This document shows, piece after piece, positions 50,918-57,718 of a stretch of 57,718 nt of DNA. The notes under the pieces are model-generated. The model saw only the letters and a program-made list of their open reading frames with translations. It had not been told where the DNA came from and did no database searches. The translations under genes were made by a program, and so were the position numbers. The number at the start of each line of letters is the position of its first letter. The first letter of the stretch is position 1. Source of the stretch: a virus (taxonomy: Duplodnaviria > Caudoviricetes); IMG/VR virus record IMGVR_UViG_3300025769_000008, positions 1-57,718 of that record; one strand, written 5' to 3'.

Positions 50918-52998
50918 TGAATTTAGTAGATTTAGCAACAGAATTAGAATATGTGCCTAAAGAACAATTGGCACAAATGTCACAAGACCCTAGCAGTAGG
51001 TATCCTCAATACTTAGTATTGTCAGAAATACAAAGAAGAACTGCTAACGAAAAAGCTTATGCAGCAGCTAAACCTAGACCTACTACTACAGTAGCAGAAG
51101 AAGTTGTTGGTGAATTTATGCAACCTCAAAGTTTGCAAGCAGGTATGCCGTCTGAATCAGCTCCAACTGATGCTTTCTCTTCAGAGTCTATGGGTATACC
51201 TGCCTCTGCTCCTATGCAACAACCTATGATGATGGCTGGCGGTGGTCAAACTAAGGCAGAAGCTAGAGAAGGCATTATTGATATGATGTCTGATATAAAC
51301 ATAAAACGTGGTGAAGCTGGATTATCTGGATTAATGGATGCTGCTGGTGATGTTATAACTGCTGGTAGTGCTGTTATACCTATAAATGCAGCAGGTAAGT
51401 TAGCACTTATAGAAAAAGCCATGAAGCCTTTATCTGGTGCTTACAGAAAAGCTTTAGAAGCTTCTAGAAAAGGTAATGTTGAATATGCAAATTTAGACCC
51501 TCTAGTTAAAGAACAAGCAAAAAAATATATACAACTTAGTAAAGAATCTGATAAAGCTTCTTTTACTTTGGGTGCAGGTGCACCAACAGCTTTTTCTTTA
51601 GGTGTTGCTAATCAAGCAGGAAAGTTTAAATATCAAGATGAAGATAAAAAAGCTAGTGGTGGTTTAACTGAATATATGAAAGAAGTTGGCTCTGAACTTA
51701 AACGTATAAAAGAAAAAGAATCTAGATATGCAGCTAGAAACAAAAGAGAAAAAGAAGGAAAAACAATATTTTCTACTTCATTATCACCTAGAAAATATGT
51801 AATACCTGATGAAACATATAAAAAATTAACTGATAAAGGAATGGTTAGGGCTTTTGATGCCTATAGACCTATGGGATTATTGTTTAACGCTTTATCTGGA
51901 GAAGGTGCATTTAGTGGAATGGATAGAACAATACCTGAATCAAAATTAAAAAACTTAGAGTCTGCAATGAAACAGTCTCGTAATGAAATGCAACAAAGAC
52001 AATTAGGTTTAGCTAGTGGTGGTTTAACTGCTTATGCTAATGGTGGTGCATTAGAACAAAGTTTTGCAGACCCATATGAAAACGTATTAGGTTCATCTTC
52101 TAATCCTTACCCTATGGAATATATTGAAGATGAAGAAGATTTAACAATAGGAGATTTACGAGACCCATTAGCAGCAGCTACAGCGTTATTAGCCCTTGAT
52201 CCAAGAAGAAAAGCTTTAAGTTATTTAGGAGGTAAAGCCAAAGGTTTATTTGGTGCAATAAAAAGAAGATATAAAAAAGATGATATAGATTTAGGACCAA
52301 CAGGTATGCCAGCAGGTAAAGTTAAAGTTGGAAAAGAAACTTATGATCCATCAAAAGTAACTGTTCCACAAACAGGTATAGACTTAAAAAAAGTTATTAA
52401 AGACCCTTTAATTACAGTTCCTGCTGGATTAGGAACTGCATATTCTATATCGTCTTTATCAGATGAATCTGTTGATACAAATGATAAAAATAAAACAGAA
52501 ACAGATACAGAAAAACAACTTCGTTTGCAAAGAGAAGAATATGAAAAACAACTCGCAGAACTCAGAAATAAAGCCACAGGAATAGCTAAACCTAAAAAAG
52601 AAATAGACTATGACTTAGTAGGATTAGGTGGTCTTATAATGGGTGCTAGAAATATGAGTGAACTTGGTACAGGATTAGCTGGATTAGCTGAAAGAAGACA
52701 AGCTAGAGAAGATGCTTTATTAGAAGGACAAGCACAACAAGATTATTATAGAGCTAGTGCTGATAAAGTAAGAGCTGAAATAGAAGGTTTACCTTTAGAA
52801 AATAAAATGGATGCTTTAGAACAAGTAAATGATATTCTTACTAAAGCTTTAGAAGGTGAAATTGAGCTCACAGAAGAACAATTACAATATTATAATGTAG
52901 CCTCTCAAACTTTAACTTCACAAATTTTAGCGTTACAAGGAATAACTGCAAATTCATTAACAGGACTTGATCCATTAGAAGAAAATAGAATACAGTAA
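50917..52998 (+). CDS. Putative internal virion/ejection protein
   Basis: Coupled ORF between ejection genes, with multiple xAxGG motifs. Confidence 0.7.
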   Translation: MNLVDLATELEYVPKEQLAQMSQDPSSRYPQYLVLSEIQRRTANEKAYAAAKPRPTTTVAEEVVGEFMQPQSLQAGMPSESAPTDAFSSESMGIPASAPMQQPMMMAGGGQTKAEAREGIIDMMSDINIKRGEAGLSGLMDAAGDVITAGSAVIPINAAGKLALIEKAMKPLSGAYRKALEASRKGNVEYANLDPLVKEQAKKYIQLSKESDKASFTLGAGAPTAFSLGVANQAGKFKYQDEDKKASGGLTEYMKEVGSELKRIKEKESRYAARNKREKEGKTIFSTSLSPRKYVIPDETYKKLTDKGMVRAFDAYRPMGLLFNALSGEGAFSGMDRTIPESKLKNLESAMKQSRNEMQQRQLGLASGGLTAYANGGALEQSFADPYENVLGSSSNPYPMEYIEDEEDLTIGDLRDPLAAATALLALDPRRKALSYLGGKAKGLFGAIKRRYKKDDIDLGPTGMPAGKVKVGKETYDPSKVTVPQTGIDLKKVIKDPLITVPAGLGTAYSISSLSDESVDTNDKNKTETDTEKQLRLQREEYEKQLAELRNKATGIAKPKKEIDYDLVGLGGLIMGARNMSELGTGLAGLAERRQAREDALLEGQAQQDYYRASADKVRAEIEGLPLENKMDALEQVNDILTKALEGEIELTEEQLQYYNVASQTLTSQILALQGITANSLTGLDPLEENRIQ

Positions 52999-55900
52999 TG
53001 AGCGTATATAAAGCACCTGATGGAAGTAAATATAATATTCCTACAGAGCCTTTACAAAGAAAAAGATTTGTTGATGCTGTAAAAAATAAATACGGAGAAG
53101 ATTTAGATCAAACTTCTACATTAGATCAGGCAATAGAATTTGGTAAAGCAATACCTAGGGGTGCTGCTAGTTTAGCTTTGTCTGTACCTACAGGTATAGT
53201 TTCTTTATTTGATATTGGTGATGATAGTGCAGCACTTAAAGGTTTACGAGGTCTAGAAAAATCATTACGAGAAGATTCAGCACTTGCAGCCGATCCTAGA
53301 TACGCAGATAAATTTAGTACAAAACTAGGTGAAGGTATTGGATCATTTGTTCCTTTTTTAGGTGCTGCGAAAGTAGGTAGCACTTTAGCTAAAGCAGGAG
53401 CAGTAGGTCAAAAAACTGGACAATATGGTGTACCAGCAGCATTAGCTATACCAACAGGTATGTCTGCACAAGCTGATCGTATAAACATGGCTAGAGAAAT
53501 GGGTGAAGATGTTGGTGGTTTAACAGAAACAACTGCCACTCTATTAGGTGGTGCTATAGGTATTACAGAAATATTACCTGTTGCACACATATTTTCTAAA
53601 GTATCTAAAGCAGCTCCTAAATCTGTAAAAGAACAATTAGTATCTGCACTTAAATCAGGTGCATTTGAAGGTGGTCAAGAAGTAGGTGCAAGCATACTGC
53701 AAGATTTAACTGCTCGTGGTTTATATAGTGAAGAATTACCTATTGGTGAAAGTCTATTTGATGAGTTTACTATAGGTGGCATTATTGGTGCTGGTGCTGA
53801 TCTGGTTGTTACTAGCATGGGTAAGAAAGGTATAAAAGACTATCACGCAGAAGAAAAAGCTAGAAGAGAAACTTTAAACAAACAAGAATTATTAAAAACA
53901 AAAAAAGTGGAATTAGGTCTTGAACAAGGCACTATTCCAGAATTTCAAGAACCAACTCAAATTGATGTTCCAAACATCCCCGCCCCCGAATCCATACAAG
54001 ACCCTCTTAATTTAGATTATGTAGAAAATGCTGATGGCAGCTTTGCTATATTAGATTTAAATCAACCAGCCAATCCTATTATATCTACAGCACCTACACA
54101 GGCTGCTGCTGTTACAGGTATTGAGAAACTTAAAACAAAACAAAACAATGCTTTGTTAAAAAACCAACTAGATAATATGCTTTACCTACAAGGTAATGTT
54201 AATAGTGCTGCTGCGTTTGAATTAGGACAAACTTTATTAGACCCCATAGCTACAACTGTTACAGCTAATGATATAGCAGTTAATAACAGTAGACTTAAAG
54301 ACACAGGTAAAAAGAATTTTGTAGATCAAAATAAAAATAAAACTTTTAGTATGCCTGAAGCAAAAAAACTGCTTACTAAAAAAGATTTTAACACCATGAC
54401 AGAAAGTATGGCACAAGCCGTATTTAAACAATCAGAAAAGTCTGGAGAACCTTCTTTAACTGCTGGTAAACAAAAACTTAATACTACTCCTAAGTTTTTA
54501 AAGTCTATGCTTGCTTCTAAAAACATAGACCCAGATAGTATTATCTCACCTGCTTTTCAACACGCTGCTGAAGTATTTACAGGAACAAGTCAAATTTCAA
54601 GCATGACTAAAGGACAAAAAGAACTTTTGTTAGCTAGAATTCATGCTATGCCTAAGTTTAATAATAAAATTTCTTTTCCTGAATTTAGAAATAGAGAGTA
54701 TTCAGCCAAAGATATGGCTGATTTTGTAGCTAATATTGGTAAAACTGAATTTACAATAGATAATGTCAAAGATTTTTTAACTCAAAGATATACAGGTAAA
54801 AAAGCTAAATATCACAAAGGTAACTTTGAAGATAATTCTTTTTTAGCAATACAAGAAGCTGATACATTTTTAAGAGATTTAAAGGATAGTGGTAGAGCAG
54901 AATTACAAGAAGATTTTGTTACATACAAAATTAGAGACAACTTTGAATTTGATATTGCAAGACGAGCTGAAAGTTTTGGACAAACACCAGAAGAGTTTAG
55001 AGCCAAGTTAGAAGCAGAAAATAAATTACCACAAGAGATTATTGACCAGTTAGTAGAATCAGAAAGAGTAAAACAAGAAAAACTTTTACCTCCAGAAGAG
55101 GTTGAACCTAAAGTTATAAATTATCGTGAAGCAGTAGAAGAGGGTAGAACTAATAAGTTTGCTAAAGAAGCTCAAAGAATATTAAACGAAAGGGGCTTGA
55201 AAGATACTGGTGTAGTTATAAGTAATGAATTGTTATCTGCTAGCACATTAAGACAAGTAAAAGATAACGAACTTATTTATGATCCAAGAGCAGTAAAAGA
55301 TAGAGGCATATTAGGTGAGTATGATAAACAATCTGACATTATATTTTTATCACTTAATAGAATTAATCCTGATGGCAATCTTACAGAGTCAGATATACAA
55401 CAAAAGTTAAATAGAGTTCTTGACCATGAAATGATTCATGCGTTGAGAGCTAAAGATTTAATTAATGAAAGAGAATATAACTATTTACGCAATCAAGTTA
55501 AAAGTAAAAAAGTACCTGAATCGTTTGATTCTAATTTTAAAAATAAATCTTTTTATCAAAGAAGTGTAAGTATTAATTCCGCTACATTAGAAGGCAGAGA
55601 ACTTACAGAAGAAAAAAGAGAAGAGTTTTTTGTAGAAGAAGCCATAGCAGAAATGTTTAAGGCTAGAGAAGATATAAAAAATATGCCACCTAAATCACAA
55701 GGTATATTTAATAAAATTGTTGATTTCTTTAAAGGCATGGGTGAAGCAATGCGTTTATCAGGATATCAAAATGTATCTGATATATTTACTGATATTGAAC
55801 AAGGCAGAGTAGGTGCTAGAGCTAGAGGAGAAATAAGAACTACAAGAGAGCTTGATACAGGCGAAGCTAGAAGAGGTTTAGGTGAGTTAGCTGATGATAT

Positions 55901-57718
55901 AGAACAAAGAGAAGCAGCATTACCTGAAGCTGCTAGAGTCATTACTGGCGATCCTATAGTTACTACACAAGAACTATCTAAGTTACAAAGACTACCTATA
56001 CCTGAACCATTACCTGAACCTATTATAGAACCAGACCCAACTGAACCTGACCCTGACCCTGCTCCAGCTCCAGCTCCTGTTGAAACAGCAACACCATATG
56101 ATGTGCGTAAATTAAGCGGACAAGAATATGATAGTGACAGATTATTAATTACTAATGGTTTATTAAATAGTAAAGCAATAATTAAAGCTGGAAGTAATAG
56201 ACAAAAAGGATTTTATAAAGGTGATTCTGTCAAAATGATGAAATGGCTAAAAGACAATTCGCCTAATGAAGATTACAGAATTATAGCCTCTAAAACTTAT
56301 GAGACATTATTAAAGTTACAGAAAAAAGGTTTTAATTTTCCTTTAGAGTTTTCAAGTCGTTCTTTAGGTGGTGCAAGTGGACAAGTAGAATTACGTTTAT
56401 TTGATCGTACTACTATGCCAATGAAAATTAATAACTCTCAACAAAGTATAAATGATAGTAAATCACTTGGTGGAATGAATACTAATGGTGTTAATTTTGA
56501 AACACTATTACATGAAGCCATACATCAAGCAACTCTTACTACAGTCCGAGATTTTAATCTTTACATACAAGGTAAAAAATTACCCAAAGATTTAAGAGCA
56601 CCAGTTAAATTAAGTAAAAAAGCAATTAAAGCTTCAGAAGATTTAGAAAATGTTCAAGATAAAGTTAATGAATATATAAAAGAAAAAAAAGATTATTACA
56701 CAAAAGTTGGTGCAGAGTTAAAGCGTTTTTATGATATTGCAATGGAAGCAAGCACTAAAGAAATAACAGAAACTGCATATGATGAATTTAAAAGATTAAG
56801 AAATGAATATAGAACAGAAGTTAAAAAAGAATCTTCAACAATAAAAAAATTAGCAGCAACTCTTGTAGATAATCAATTTCCAACAAATGAAAGAGTTATA
56901 AAAGGTGTGGAAGGAAGTTATCTATCTTGGAAAAAATATTACCAAGATTATAAAGTTAATGGAGGATTTGCAGAAAAGGATTTATCTGAATTTATAACAT
57001 TTGGTTTAACCAATAGAGAGTTTCAAGAATTTTTAGAATCTATACCTTATAAAACTAAAAATGCTTGGAGTGAGTTTGTACAGTCTATAAGAAATATATT
57101 AGGTTTACCTGCAAAATCTAATACAGCTTTATCTGCATTTTTACAAAGTGCAAGTGATATTGTTGAAACAGGAGCACAAACAACAAGAATAGGTAAAACT
57201 GATACTGAGTTAATTGATACTGTTGATTTTGCTAATAAATCAATTGATGAAAATAGCAAAGAAGGTTTAGAGTTAAAACTTAGAGATTTAGAAACTCAAC
57301 TTTACAATGCTGAACGTATTGAAGCTGATGGAAGAGGTAGAGTTTCAGAAAGAATAGCTAAACAAGATAGAGACCGAATAAATAGAATTAAAAATGAAAT
57401 TCAAAGTATTCAAAACGAATTAGCACAATCTACTTTACCTGAACAACTACCTTTATTTTCTGAAGGAACAAGATTCCAAGGTGACAATAAAACATCTGAA
57501 CAAGTAAAACTTAAAAGGTCTGTAGAAGAGGTAGAGGAGCTAGTAAGACAGACTCCTAGGGGTGGAGTACCCTATTACAATTTAAATGCCTCAGACGTGG
57601 CTATAGACGCTGCATTAGAGTTTAATAAAGACCTTTCATCTGTAGCTCCTAACGATATACCTCTTTGGTCTGCACCTAGCTTAGATGGTGTTGATGCTGA
57701 CTTAGTTGAGGGCATAGA
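52998..57718 (+). CDS. N-terminal part of giant (~2,512 aa) polyvalent/internal virion protein with two zincin-like metallopeptidase motifs
   Basis: ATG at 52998 (TAATG coupling). Absent from the ORF track, consistent with no stop before the contig end; in-frame spot translations are open. HEMIH at 55425 and HEAIH at 56511 are in frame, and the frame joins 2..2854. Confidence 0.85.
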   Translation, partial: MSVYKAPDGSKYNIPTEPLQRKRFVDAVKNKYGEDLDQTSTLDQAIEFGKAIPRGAASLALSVPTGIVSLFDIGDDSAALKGLRGLEKSLREDSALAADPRYADKFSTKLGEGIGSFVPFLGAAKVGSTLAKAGAVGQKTGQYGVPAALAIPTGMSAQADRINMAREMGEDVGGLTETTATLLGGAIGITEILPVAHIFSKVSKAAPKSVKEQLVSALKSGAFEGGQEVGASILQDLTARGLYSEELPIGESLFDEFTIGGIIGAGADLVVTSMGKKGIKDYHAEEKARRETLNKQELLKTKKVELGLEQGTIPEFQEPTQIDVPNIPAPESIQDPLNLDYVENADGSFAILDLNQPANPIISTAPTQAAAVTGIEKLKTKQNNALLKNQLDNMLYLQGNVNSAAAFELGQTLLDPIATTVTANDIAVNNSRLKDTGKKNFVDQNKNKTFSMPEAKKLLTKKDFNTMTESMAQAVFKQSEKSGEPSLTAGKQKLNTTPKFLKSMLASKNIDPDSIISPAFQHAAEVFTGTSQISSMTKGQKELLLARIHAMPKFNNKISFPEFRNREYSAKDMADFVANIGKTEFTIDNVKDFLTQRYTGKKAKYHKGNFEDNSFLAIQEADTFLRDLKDSGRAELQEDFVTYKIRDNFEFDIARRAESFGQTPEEFRAKLEAENKLPQEIIDQLVESERVKQEKLLPPEEVEPKVINYREAVEEGRTNKFAKEAQRILNERGLKDTGVVISNELLSASTLRQVKDNELIYDPRAVKDRGILGEYDKQSDIIFLSLNRINPDGNLTESDIQQKLNRVLDHEMIHALRAKDLINEREYNYLRNQVKSKKVPESFDSNFKNKSFYQRSVSINSATLEGRELTEEKREEFFVEEAIAEMFKAREDIKNMPPKSQGIFNKIVDFFKGMGEAMRLSGYQNVSDIFTDIEQGRVGARARGEIRTTRELDTGEARRGLGELADDIEQREAALPEAARVITGDPIVTTQELSKLQRLPIPEPLPEPIIEPDPTEPDPDPAPAPAPVETATPYDVRKLSGQEYDSDRLLITNGLLNSKAIIKAGSNRQKGFYKGDSVKMMKWLKDNSPNEDYRIIASKTYETLLKLQKKGFNFPLEFSSRSLGGASGQVELRLFDRTTMPMKINNSQQSINDSKSLGGMNTNGVNFETLLHEAIHQATLTTVRDFNLYIQGKKLPKDLRAPVKLSKKAIKASEDLENVQDKVNEYIKEKKDYYTKVGAELKRFYDIAMEASTKEITETAYDEFKRLRNEYRTEVKKESSTIKKLAATLVDNQFPTNERVIKGVEGSYLSWKKYYQDYKVNGGFAEKDLSEFITFGLTNREFQEFLESIPYKTKNAWSEFVQSIRNILGLPAKSNTALSAFLQSASDIVETGAQTTRIGKTDTELIDTVDFANKSIDENSKEGLELKLRDLETQLYNAERIEADGRGRVSERIAKQDRDRINRIKNEIQSIQNELAQSTLPEQLPLFSEGTRFQGDNKTSEQVKLKRSVEEVEELVRQTPRGGVPYYNLNASDVAIDAALEFNKDLSSVAPNDIPLWSAPSLDGVDADLVEGI
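57683..57718. repeat. Terminal direct repeat, right copy
   Basis: Identical to 1-36. Confidence 0.95.

Noticed and set aside
1-57718. tRNA genes, integrase, IS elements, or alternative genetic code
   Set aside because: None recognised by eye; genes read through normally under the standard bacterial code with tight start/stop coupling.

Overview
This is very likely a complete, circularly permuted genome (57,682 bp unique plus a 36-bp end overlap) of an AT-rich tailed phage with podovirus-like gene content. It probably infects a Gram-negative host, since it has spanin-like genes and an outer-membrane CsgG-like lipoprotein. Layout: a leftward recombination module (2.8-7.8 kb: RusA-like, Ref-like nuclease, SSB, Sak-like annealase, exonuclease); a primase-helicase; a non-coding control region (11.1-11.75 kb); a leftward putative early operon (12.3-18.5 kb: YodL-like, MoxR-type AAA, DUF3150-like, vWA-metallopeptidase); and a long rightward packaging, virion and lysis operon (18.6 kb to the end, wrapping to 2854) that finishes in a ~2,512-aa polyvalent protein. 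The main unexpected system is five hammerhead ribozymes on the minus strand (four type III, one type I), each just upstream of a ribosome-binding site in the early operon and each with an extra hairpin on the other side of its cut site. Together they would cut the early transcript into end-protected units and release a ~290-nt structured leader RNA. Also notable are a CsgF-CsgG-curlin-like-FecR-CHASE2 adenylyl cyclase cassette inside the lysis module; host-type parS, DnaA boxes and tandem NrdR boxes in a phage with no recognisable ParB, DnaA or ribonucleotide reductase; a dispersed ACTGGT(A/T)AAT motif; and non-coding fragments resembling the tail-fibre repeat. Protein calls come from motif recognition by eye and RNA folds were paired by hand; no database searches were run.
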